DNA from: Candidatus Jorgensenbacteria bacterium
Lineage (GTDB): Bacteria > Patescibacteriota > Minisyncoccia > UBA6257 > GWB1-50-10
NCBI GenBank assembly: GCA_030648515.1
Contig: JAUSHK010000002.1
Coordinates: forward strand, 7,799 to 71,798
Reading direction: 5' to 3'
DNA length: 64,000 nucleotides
The position numbers and the translations under genes are program-made. Below are positions 39,347 to 49,442 of this stretch, in pieces (the first letter of the stretch is position 1; each line of letters opens with the position of its first letter). Under the pieces are notes generated by a model that made no database searches, was not told where the DNA came from, and worked only from the letters and a program-made list of their open reading frames with translations.

Positions 39347-39769
39347 TCACTCGGTTACGGTAACAATACCCTTCATTGATGGGTGGATGCTACAAATGTA
39401 CGAATATGCGCCGGCCTTCGCAAAAGAAAATTCAAAACTGCCGTCCTGTGCCATCATTTGCGACTCGGTTATTCCGTTTATGATAATTTTGTGCAGCGCA
39501 GAATCTTTATTGGTCCAGCGCACCGTGCCGCCGGTTTTTATGCTTACTTCGGCCGGATTAAAGGAAAAGTTCTGAATATTCACCTCCGCAACCGACTCTT
39601 GGATTGTAGCAGTTGAGTTGCTGCCCTGCGCGGCTGTAGAAGCCGCCAAGTTCGCGGGCGCGCTTGCCTGAGGCACCGTCTTATACCCATATCGACTTAT
39701 TCCCGCCTCCATTATTGCAGCGATAATAACAAACCCGACAACCACAAGTACAATGATATTTTTATTCAT
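39347..39769 (-). CDS. Cupredoxin (amicyanin/plastocyanin-like)
   Basis: WTN.D...H and C..HP.M copper ligands. Confidence 0.88.
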   Translation of the reverse strand: MNKNIIVLVVVGFVIIAAIMEAGISRYGYKTVPQASAPANLAASTAAQGSNSTATIQESVAEVNIQNFSFNPAEVSIKTGGTVRWTNKDSALHKIIINGITESQMMAQDGSFEFSFAKAGAYSYICSIHPSMKGIVTVTE

Positions 39770-39773
39770 AATG

Positions 39774-40157
39774 TTATTTTAATTTAATGCGGCTATATCG
39801 GCCAGTGATAAAAAACATAGCCGCGGAAAGAATGTAGATAATCGCGAAATGGATAAACAAGAACGTAATTATAAATCTAATCGGATAACCCTCAATGAAA
39901 TACCGAGCCTGTAAAAGAATTGTAATGGCCGCCGAAAAAACCGCGGTCCTCGACCACGCTGACCGGAAATATCGCGCCGAAACAAAGAGCGCAGGGATGC
40001 TCAACAAAAAACCGAAAATCAATTTGTTGCGAAAGTAATAATCAGGAACGCTCCATTCTGGCACAATAGAATGAAGTATATAATCTGCGCCAGCAAAAAG
40101 AGCGATAACAAAAACAAGAATAGCGCCCCAGATAAAATAAAATGTCGGTTTACGCAT
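39774..40157 (-). CDS. Hypothetical membrane protein
   Basis: Four TM; overlaps the cupin stop. Confidence 0.7.
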   Translation of the reverse strand: MRKPTFYFIWGAILVFVIALFAGADYILHSIVPEWSVPDYYFRNKLIFGFLLSIPALFVSARYFRSAWSRTAVFSAAITILLQARYFIEGYPIRFIITFLFIHFAIIYILSAAMFFITGRYSRIKLK

Positions 40158-40560
40158 GGGTTTCGGTTGTTTTCCCGTCAAAGTGTTCCTCCTCACCCGC
40201 TTCTGCTTCCTGCTTCGTCGCGTGAATGACTCCGTCGCGATGATTCGCGGGAGAATAAATCGTGTAGAGCTTTAATGGCTCGCTCCCTGATGTGTTGATT
40301 ATATTATGCCGCGATCCCGATGGGACTATGACCGCGCTTCCATCAGTAATCGCATATTCGTTGCCGTCAATCACCGCCTTTCCCATCCCCTTCTCAAACC
40401 TGAAAAACTGGTCAACGTTTTCATGCACCTCGGCGCCAATCTCCTCGTTCGGCTTAAGCGACATCAAAACCAGCTGACTATACTTCGCCGTATAAAGAAC
40501 TTTCCTGAAGTTCTCATTCTCAAGCGTAAGTCTCTCAATATTGTCTGCGTATCCTTTCAT
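40150..40560 (-). CDS. Cupin domain protein
   Basis: IG.EVH..DQFF, G..HN..N, LYTIYSP. Confidence 0.9.
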   Translation of the reverse strand: MKGYADNIERLTLENENFRKVLYTAKYSQLVLMSLKPNEEIGAEVHENVDQFFRFEKGMGKAVIDGNEYAITDGSAVIVPSGSRHNIINTSGSEPLKLYTIYSPANHRDGVIHATKQEAEAGEEEHFDGKTTETHA

Positions 40561-40700
40561 AATGCTTAAAATTTTTATTCGTGACCTTTCTATTATTGTA
40601 TCAAAAAAGCGAAACCGGGCCGTTTCTTAGCATAGCTAAGGCGTGCCCGTAAGTGCGGCTTTCTTAAAAACCGCTCATACCCATGATTTGCGTTTTTATA

Positions 40701-41174
40701 TTACAACGTCAAAATCGCGTCATGAATTCTTTTTGCCAGTTTTTGATAGTATTCCTCAACCTGATCAAGCTCAGTGAAAAAGCATGGCTCATATATAAAA
40801 ACCGTACCTTTTCCCTGAAGCATGGCGTTCACCCCGAGTTCCTTTTCCGTATCGGTCCGGAAATCAGTGCGATAAACAACAGCGCGCCCGGTTATCGCAG
40901 TTGCGATGCCGTATTCAACACAGGCTCCGCTATCAGCGTCAGGTCCGTCAGTATTACACACAAAAACGTTCTCACCATCAGCGGAGTTCTTCCGGCAATC
41001 TTCAACAATTCCCTTTACGTTAAAAACTTTCCCATTAAAAAACTTGAGCGCCTCCCGCTGGGGAAGAATTACTTCATATCCCCACGCGGTTAAATGTTTT
41101 TCAAGAAAAAGGTTATGAAGCCTTTCGCCAACATTAAACAAGGGGCCAGCCAGATATATTTTCTTTTTCCCCAT
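40701..41174 (-). CDS. Nucleoside 2-deoxyribosyltransferase family protein
   Basis: IYLAGPLF, D.G...E.G.A, N.M. Confidence 0.88.
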   Translation of the reverse strand: MGKKKIYLAGPLFNVGERLHNLFLEKHLTAWGYEVILPQREALKFFNGKVFNVKGIVEDCRKNSADGENVFVCNTDGPDADSGACVEYGIATAITGRAVVYRTDFRTDTEKELGVNAMLQGKGTVFIYEPCFFTELDQVEEYYQKLAKRIHDAILTL

Positions 41175-41274
41175 TCATAACTCCTTTTTGTAATGTTTTT
41201 GTAATGTACAGCTAAAAACAAAATAGCACCTTCTTGTGCTATTTATCAACTGGGCTAGACTCTGCCTGTGTTCG

Positions 41275-41505
41275 CTAACCGCTTCCTTTTGTATCCATCC
41301 AGTCAGTCCGCCACATTTTTATTTCTTCTAAAATCTCTTTTGATGGGTTTGCCGCCCACCACGAACCATCATTTTCTTTAAAAAGAAGCACGTCATGAGG
41401 AGAAACTCCCTCAGGCAAACCGATTATTTCGCTTCCCCTAAGCTCCACACGCCACAAACGTGGATTTTTCTTCACTTCCGGCCCTTTTTCAAAGCCGTTG
41501 CTCAT
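41275..41505 (-). CDS. Hypothetical protein
   Basis: 76-aa ORF with TATAAT just upstream. Confidence 0.55.
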   Translation of the reverse strand: MSNGFEKGPEVKKNPRLWRVELRGSEIIGLPEGVSPHDVLLFKENDGSWWAANPSKEILEEIKMWRTDWMDTKGSG

Positions 41506-41576
41506 AAGTCTTTATTATAAACCTTCTGTAAGGTAAACCAAATTGAAGATTATAAACCAACCGATTTACCAAGAAA

Positions 41577-41930
41577 TCAAAAAACCACGCCGGCGACTCC
41601 CCATATCGGAATACTGAGTAAACTCGTGTAACCACCGACGCTTAATCTCTTATACGTCCAGAGGCGCTGATTGAGCGTTTTGTGGTATGTAAGCCCGACG
41701 ATATATTCCAACAAAAATCCCGCCACGCAACTAACAAAAAACAAATAAAGTATTTGCACGCCTATGTAGTGCGCCTGAATAAAAATAAACAGCGTCGGAA
41801 TAAAAAGCGTAGCAATGTACTCACTCCATCTAAACCGCTTTGTTTTGCGCCCGTACAAATATGCGAGATAGAATCCCAAAAGAGATAACGCTATGAAACT
41901 AAGTCCTAATAGAGAAGTTTGTCCGCTCAC
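41577..41930 (-). CDS. Membrane protein (CmpB/TMEM229-like), possibly truncated by a premature TGA
   Basis: LEY..G...H.....LW.Y and P.WG motifs; frame continues FLGKSVGL to TAA at 41550. Confidence 0.65.
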   Translation of the reverse strand: MSGQTSLLGLSFIALSLLGFYLAYLYGRKTKRFRWSEYIATLFIPTLFIFIQAHYIGVQILYLFFVSCVAGFLLEYIVGLTYHKTLNQRLWTYKRLSVGGYTSLLSIPIWGVAGVVF

Positions 41931-42066
41931 TCTTTTATTGTATCAAAACACTGGGCCTTTCTACGGCAAAAATTGCTAAAAACAAACGAGGGAAAATTTC
42001 GTGAAATAAAAAACCGCTGGATTAACAACCATGCGGTTTTTTGATTTTGATGGAATGGTAAATATA

Positions 42067-42363
42067 TCACCTCATCTCAGTGGCTGGAATAGAATCACTA
42101 AGAATAAGTGACTCAACGAGAACTCCTACCTTGGCCATTTTGAGCGCGCCGACGACTTTACGAGCTTGGGGCAAATCTGTCGAACAAACTCGTATGAATG
42201 GGGCGTGAGCCTTCTCCTCGCCACAAGGCCAAACGAACGCACTTACAATAGTCGTTATCGCATTATTCTCAAAACCAAGCTCCTTCATTGCCCCATCAAT
42301 TTTAGTTTTCATCGCTCCAATGTCAGCAGTGACATTAAAACCGTATAACATTATATTCAGCAT
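42067..42363 (-). CDS. Hypothetical protein
   Basis: SD AAGGAGG; own promoter and terminator. Confidence 0.65.
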   Translation of the reverse strand: MLNIMLYGFNVTADIGAMKTKIDGAMKELGFENNAITTIVSAFVWPCGEEKAHAPFIRVCSTDLPQARKVVGALKMAKVGVLVESLILSDSIPATEMR

Positions 42364-42466
42364 CTTCCGCCTCCTTCCTATTTTGTGAATATTGCTACTT
42401 ACTATTTTGTTCTAAAAGCAAAATAGTATATCTCACACTATTCGTCAAGTTTCTCTGATTCTAAAA

Positions 42467-43471
42467 CTATGACTTCGCAATAACGGTCGCGAGTGATGTA
42501 ACGCCCGAAACCGGCAGGCTATCAATGCGGTCGCTAATAGTACTGTTACCATTCGCATCATATCCAAGATCTGCTTAATACGCCGAATATGTAACATCGC
42601 CAAGCGCATTCACACCAAACTGAAACGTATCGTTATTGTCGGTAACGCCCTTTGTCTTAATAGTCAGATATCTCCACGAGCCGCTGTTTATTAAACGATT
42701 CGTCTCGCTAATGCCGGAAATGATAAATAAAACCGTTGGGGATGCTCCGGTCGTTCCAGTAACCGCGTCTCCGTATAAAACGGACGCATCTGCCGATGAC
42801 CCGCCACCTATTGAAACAAAGAGAGAAAAACTAAGCGAAGTTGTCGCGACGCCGCCTTTTGAAAACTTGAGCGACGAGAGATAGACCGCTGAATCGCCAC
42901 TGTTCGTGACTTTAAAAACTCCTACCGTAACACCGGAACCCGTGCCGACTATTGGCGTCGGAGCTCCAAAGACGGGCGACACAGCTTCAATGACAACGCC
43001 CGGCAATGATTGCTGAGTCGTAGTAGAAGTTGCTGTTGAAGTTGCCACGGAAACCGGAACGGACACTTGTGTTGAAGTCACGCTCTGTTGCTCAAGTAGC
43101 GAAAGCTGCTTCTGAAGCTCCCGAACTTGTTTTAAAAGCGCATTAATTTGTTCGGTTAAATTTTTAGGAGTAGAAGTTGCTGGCGCTAACTTGCTATTTG
43201 CAGCTGCTCTTGTCTTGGGACCAAAATATCCGGCAACCGGCACGATTCCCTCTTTTTCCTGAAAGCTTTTCACAGCTTCCAGTGTGAGTGAAAAAAAATT
43301 GCCGGTAACGGGCCCGGAGTATGTGCCTTCCTTGGTGAGAAATTTCTGAAGTTCTGTTACTGCGTCTCCCCGCGAGCCGTAGAACAAATTGTTTTCAAAA
43401 GCTCCGAACGTAACGGCTGGTAAAAATAATGCAACAACCAAAATTGTGGAAATAAATAGTTTTGACTTCAT
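42467..43471 (-). pseudogene. Secreted peptidoglycan-binding domain protein with in-frame TAA at 42575-42577
   Basis: Signal peptide; G..V..LQ.FL...G.F..T..AV..FQ PG-binding motif; 35 further sense codons after the TAA. Confidence 0.55.
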
Positions 43472-43561
43472 ATAATAATTAAAGCTTAAAGCGCGCAAAA
43501 ATAAAGTTTTTGTTATGCACTCTTCCATTCTCACTGTTTTTTGTTGTATAATAGTCGGATT

Positions 43562-45343
<1,782 letters not shown>

Positions 45344-45430
45344 AGCCCAGCGCCTCAGAACTTGCTGGTAATTCCGAAATCATGCATAATTATATAAAGG
45401 TCTAACCCAAATGGATTAATAAACAATCGT

Positions 45431-45688
45431 ATGGAGCAAAAAAGCAATTCTGCGTTTATGAAGCCGCTGAACGTCAGCGCGGAGCTGGCGGCAATAGTGG
45501 GCAAGGGTCCTATGCCAAGGTCAGATGTCGTCAAGAAGCTCTGGGAGTACATCAAGGGACATAACCTCCAGGATCCGACGAACAAGCGGAACATCAATGC
45601 CGATGAGAGTTTGAAAAAGGTGTTTGGCGGAAAAGCGGTCGTCAATATGTTTGAAATGACAAAGCTCGTTTCAAAACATCTCTCTTAA
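45431..45688 (+). CDS. SWIB/MDM2 domain protein
   Basis: S.ELA.IVG..P..R..VVK.LW.YIK..LQDP, MFEM.K.VS.HL. Confidence 0.92.
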   Translation: MEQKSNSAFMKPLNVSAELAAIVGKGPMPRSDVVKKLWEYIKGHNLQDPTNKRNINADESLKKVFGGKAVVNMFEMTKLVSKHLS

Positions 45689-45700
45689 TAACTTAAGCTA

Positions 45701-45736
45701 TATAAAAACACCCCGCGAAATGCGGGGTGTTTTTAT
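45701..45736. terminator. Bidirectional terminator
   Basis: ataaaaacaccccgc-gaaat-gcggggtgtttttat. Confidence 0.85.
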
Positions 45737-45744
45737 ATTGGCGC

Positions 45745-45942
45745 TTATGCGCGCGACACGTTTGTGGCGTTCGGGCCCTTTTCTCCATTAACGACTTCAA
45801 AAGTGACTTTGTCGCCAACTTTTAATTCGTCAAATGTCACTCCCTTCAATTCTTTTGAGTGAAAGAAAAGATCCTTCGTCTCACCTTCACGGGAAATGAA
45901 TCCAAATCCCCTGTCAGTGAGCGTCTTTATTGTTCCGTTCAT
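45745..45942 (-). CDS. Cold-shock domain protein
   Basis: RGFGFI, DLFFH, KGPNA.NV. Confidence 0.95.
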   Translation of the reverse strand: MNGTIKTLTDRGFGFISREGETKDLFFHSKELKGVTFDELKVGDKVTFEVVNGEKGPNATNVSRA

Positions 45943-46053
45943 TTGTTTATTTTTTTATCCTAGAAACCCGACCTCGTTTCTTAGTTGCTTAGTTATTTAC
46001 TTTATACCACTGCATCATATCAAGAAAACAAAATTCTGTCAAACGTTGCTTCA

Positions 46054-47307
46054 TTATGCACTATTTCCCGCCACAAATCCAGTCGTCCAGCACAGTTGAA
46101 GGCTATATCCTCCCGACGGACGATTAACATTGAGCGCATCGCCGATAACGTATACCTGCGGCACAATGCGCGATTGCATTGTTTTAAAATTTATCTCTTC
46201 AAGCGCGACGCCCCCTGAAGACACAATCGCCTTGTCCGCCCCCAGTAATCCCTTCACATACATCGGGATTGTTTTCATGAATGCAACAAGTTTTATTCTG
46301 TCTTCGCGCCGTACACTATGATTTGCTGTTTCGCCGTCTATCCCGGCCATTGCGAGTATCGCGGGAACAAACGCTGACGGAATAAGCTCGCCTAACACGT
46401 TCTTCAATTTCTTATTGCTCTCTGTTATAAGAATATTCTGAAGGTTTTGCTTGAGCGTGCCATTATCAAGTTTTGGAAACAAATCCAGCATAATAACCAC
46501 ATCTCCATACGCTATTAATTCCCCGACATCTTTGCTCATATTTAAAACCGTGGGCCCGCTGATTCCAAAATGAGTGAATAGCAGTTTTCCTTTTTGGGCG
46601 TCATGTTTTTTCCCGTCCTGCAATATGGTGAGTTTGATATCGTTCAGCGTTACCCCTGATAATTTTTTTACCCACACGTCTTGTATTGCGATAGGAACGA
46701 GGGCAAAATTATTTTTTACGATTGCATGCCCAATTTTTTTAAGCCACGAGAATCCCTCTCCTGTTGACCCCGTCTCCGGATGCGAGGTGCCGCCCGTTGC
46801 GACAACGCATGACCGCGCCGTGAGTATTTCTCCTCCTTTGAGTTGAAGCGTAATCTGTTCTTTCTTTTTATCAAAAGAAAAATCGGCGACTGCTGCGTTT
46901 ACTTTTACCTTCACCCCGCCAGTATTCATATATTTCACTAACACGTCCAAAACTGTCCGCGATTTATTTGAAGAAGGGAAAATTCTTCCCTCCGCCTCTT
47001 CTTTTGTCGCCATGCCACGGCTATTAAAAAAATCAAGAGTTTTTACAACATCAAATTGCGAGAACGCGGACATAAGAAATTGGGAACTTCCCTTGTATTG
47101 CGCGGCTATCGTGCGAATATCCCGCTTGTTATTCGTCACATTGCATCGCCCTCCGCCCGTCATAAGCAGTTTCTTACCGAGTGTTGGATTTTTTTCAAGC
47201 AACAAAACAGAACGGCCCAATTCAGCCGCCCGTCCGGCCGCCATCATTCCAGCGGGTCCGCCACCAATAACAACAACGTCCCACGTATGATTTTCCTTGT
47301 TATTCAT
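46054..47307 (-). CDS. HI0933/BaiN-family FAD-dependent oxidoreductase
   Basis: GGGPAG, GGGRCNVTN, ATGG.S.P..G.TG.G, LFTHFG.SGP, GGY.LQ. Confidence 0.92.
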   Translation of the reverse strand: MNNKENHTWDVVVIGGGPAGMMAAGRAAELGRSVLLLEKNPTLGKKLLMTGGGRCNVTNNKRDIRTIAAQYKGSSQFLMSAFSQFDVVKTLDFFNSRGMATKEEAEGRIFPSSNKSRTVLDVLVKYMNTGGVKVKVNAAVADFSFDKKKEQITLQLKGGEILTARSCVVATGGTSHPETGSTGEGFSWLKKIGHAIVKNNFALVPIAIQDVWVKKLSGVTLNDIKLTILQDGKKHDAQKGKLLFTHFGISGPTVLNMSKDVGELIAYGDVVIMLDLFPKLDNGTLKQNLQNILITESNKKLKNVLGELIPSAFVPAILAMAGIDGETANHSVRREDRIKLVAFMKTIPMYVKGLLGADKAIVSSGGVALEEINFKTMQSRIVPQVYVIGDALNVNRPSGGYSLQLCWTTGFVAGNSA

Positions 47308-47422
47308 TGTTTAAAAACATCAATAATAAACACCTCTATTTTGTTGTGTATGGTAATACTATATTAATATACAGGTTTATTCCTTCAACTTGGCTCCGCC
47401 TAATAAGACATTAGAACCTGTT

Positions 47423-47590
47423 TTAGTTAGAAGTTTTCTTTTTGCTCTTTATAATACCCACAATGCCGATAATAGCTACCAGGAGTCCGAGCAATTGCCC
47501 CCCAGGACTATCATCAATTTCACCATACACAAACATAAATGCCCCGAATAATATTGCGAGAAAGGAGTATATTACTCTACTTTTGTTCAT
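47423..47590 (-). CDS. 55-aa 2-TM protein (not in ORF track)
   Basis: MNKSRVIYSFLAILFGAFMFVYGEIDDSPGGQLLGLLVAIIGIVGIIKSKKKTSN. Confidence 0.65.
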   Translation of the reverse strand: MNKSRVIYSFLAILFGAFMFVYGEIDDSPGGQLLGLLVAIIGIVGIIKSKKKTSN

Positions 47591-47666
47591 ATAAAAATAT
47601 TATCACACCGTGAGGGAGTTGGTGAGGGAAATAAATATTGACGGATGAATTTAAATACAGTCGGGC

Positions 47667-48017
47667 TTACTCCTGCAACCCCAAACTACTTTCCAACTTA
47701 TCCATTTCCGCATCAATCGCTTTCAAAAGTTCGTCTTTCCCCTCATTAAACGCCTGCTCTCTGGCATGTTCAAAATTCTCAACCGCCGAATCAGTAAAGC
47801 CAGCCTTAAAATACATTCTTGCCCATTTAAGATTGAGTTCAATTCCCGCGGTAGGCATACCTGACTCAACAACCCATTTTTCAAGCCTGTCCGCCCACGC
47901 ATTGAGAATCTTTTTGGTTTCTGAATCTTCTATTCCCTTTTCTTTAAGCATGACGACGAGACGCTCCTCCATACTCTCTAAACTCTCTTCGCTTTCAAAT
48001 GAGGGCATTTCTTTCAT
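47667..48017 (-). CDS. Hypothetical acidic, TPR-like protein
   Basis: A..Y..AG....A...F..A helix pair. Confidence 0.65.
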   Translation of the reverse strand: MKEMPSFESEESLESMEERLVVMLKEKGIEDSETKKILNAWADRLEKWVVESGMPTAGIELNLKWARMYFKAGFTDSAVENFEHAREQAFNEGKDELLKAIDAEMDKLESSLGLQE

Positions 48018-48046
48018 ACGTTAATTGTATCAAAACTGCTTAATGA

Positions 48047-48079
48047 AAAATCCCCATCCTTATTAAGGATGGGGATTTT
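48047..48079. terminator. Terminator hairpin
   Basis: aaaatccccatcctt/aaggatggggatttt. Confidence 0.75.
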
Positions 48080-48100
48080 ATGTTTTTTGCTAACCATTAC

Positions 48101-48295
48101 TCACTGGCGCGTATTGTAATCCTCAACCTGCACTGTCGCCGGAAAATTTTTATACACGTTATCAACTCCCCAGCAGATATAAAGCGCCATCTCAATTATG
48201 GTCGGCAGAATCAGACAACAAAGAACGAGTATCGCCCAGGGATTCAACCCAACTCTGTCTTCCAGTTTTCTTCTTTGAACTGTTTTCTTTTTCAT
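48101..48295 (-). CDS. Hypothetical single-TM protein
   Basis: SD GGGGGAG; TTGACA-17-TAGCAT promoter. Confidence 0.6.
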   Translation of the reverse strand: MKKKTVQRRKLEDRVGLNPWAILVLCCLILPTIIEMALYICWGVDNVYKNFPATVQVEDYNTRQ

Positions 48296-48520
48296 TACTA
48301 ATACTCCCCCTGTATTCTCTTTTAAATGGGCTCTGTTTGACCCAATTAGTTATCTAATTGCTGTTGTTAATGCTAGCATATATACAACTATTTGTCAATA
48401 GAACGTTTCTGCCGAAAGTGAAAAATTGTGCTCCGCGAGTTAGACGCTGTTCGAACCGCTATTCAGGCGATAAATGGCAATCCGTTCAAAGTGGTACATA
48501 GCTGGTAAGTTAATATCTAA

Positions 48521-49246
48521 CTAAATTTCGCCTCTAAAACGTTTTAATGCCCAATACAGTGGGATAAGAAGTCGTTTGTGTTCTGGAAAGATTTTATGTA
48601 AAACCACATATTTATTGGCATCATTATAAGTTAATACCACTTCATCAAAAGTAATTTTTTCTTGTATCTTTGACAAGGAGATTGCTAACTTAGAAAAGTT
48701 AAAATCATTCTTGTTATATGGCTCTGCTGGTTGAAGTATCACTGAAAGTATAGTCCCCTTCATATTGCCGTAATGAGAAAAAATATCCTCAATCCACTTT
48801 AAAAATATCTCGTTTGTATGAGCCATGTATTCCTGAGGATATCGTTTAATTTGAAAAGCAAGACTCTTGCTTTTTGATTTTATCAAACAATCTATATGTG
48901 TTGCATTCTCAAAACCCAAAACCAAATCCTCATATGATTTTACATTCTTCGGGTCTACGTTTCTTCTCATTGCAAAGCAAATCTCTGTTTCATTATTGGG
49001 AAAATAAAAGTCTGATAGTTGTAGGGCCTTAATTATCTCTACATTCTCGGTTCTGTGTGTAAATGATTTACTTTCGGCATTGACAGCATTGATCACTTCT
49101 CCAGCTCCATCATTAAGCTGTTTAGCTATTTCTCCTCGATTAAGCTTTTCTAAGCATTTATAAAAGAGATTACGCACAAAATTTCTCCTAGATAAACCGA
49201 GAAGATCTCGCAGGCCTCTCCTTGAAATACAAAATTGATTTTCCAT
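48521..49246 (-). CDS. Hypothetical protein, possible PD-(D/E)xK (D...QxK) nuclease
   Basis: IDCLIK...AFQIK motif. Confidence 0.6.
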   Translation of the reverse strand: MENQFCISRRGLRDLLGLSRRNFVRNLFYKCLEKLNRGEIAKQLNDGAGEVINAVNAESKSFTHRTENVEIIKALQLSDFYFPNNETEICFAMRRNVDPKNVKSYEDLVLGFENATHIDCLIKSKSKSLAFQIKRYPQEYMAHTNEIFLKWIEDIFSHYGNMKGTILSVILQPAEPYNKNDFNFSKLAISLSKIQEKITFDEVVLTYNDANKYVVLHKIFPEHKRLLIPLYWALKRFRGEI

Positions 49247-49250
49247 AGGT

Positions 49251-49442
49251 TTAATAGTGCCACACGCCGATACCCCGCAGAAATGCGCCCACAAGCGGGT
49301 AAGAAGCTATAGAAATAAGGGCTATGATCGTATCGTCCAAGATTGAATTTCCAAAAAAGTGAAACAGGATCAAGAAAATCGCTATCGAGAAAAGCTTATT
49401 AAGAATGGATCCGAGATCTTGGTGAAAAGAACGCTTCCTCAT
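49251..49442 (-). CDS. Small 2-TM protein
   Basis: ATGA overlap with the KAP stop; two hydrophobic segments. Confidence 0.55.
   Translation of the reverse strand: MRKRSFHQDLGSILNKLFSIAIFLILFHFFGNSILDDTIIALISIASYPLVGAFLRGIGVWHY

Noticed and set aside
41577-41579. Genetic code 25 (TGA=Gly) recoding
   Set aside because: yvcK, hsdM, hsdS and others end normally at TGA; no other interrupted genes of this kind
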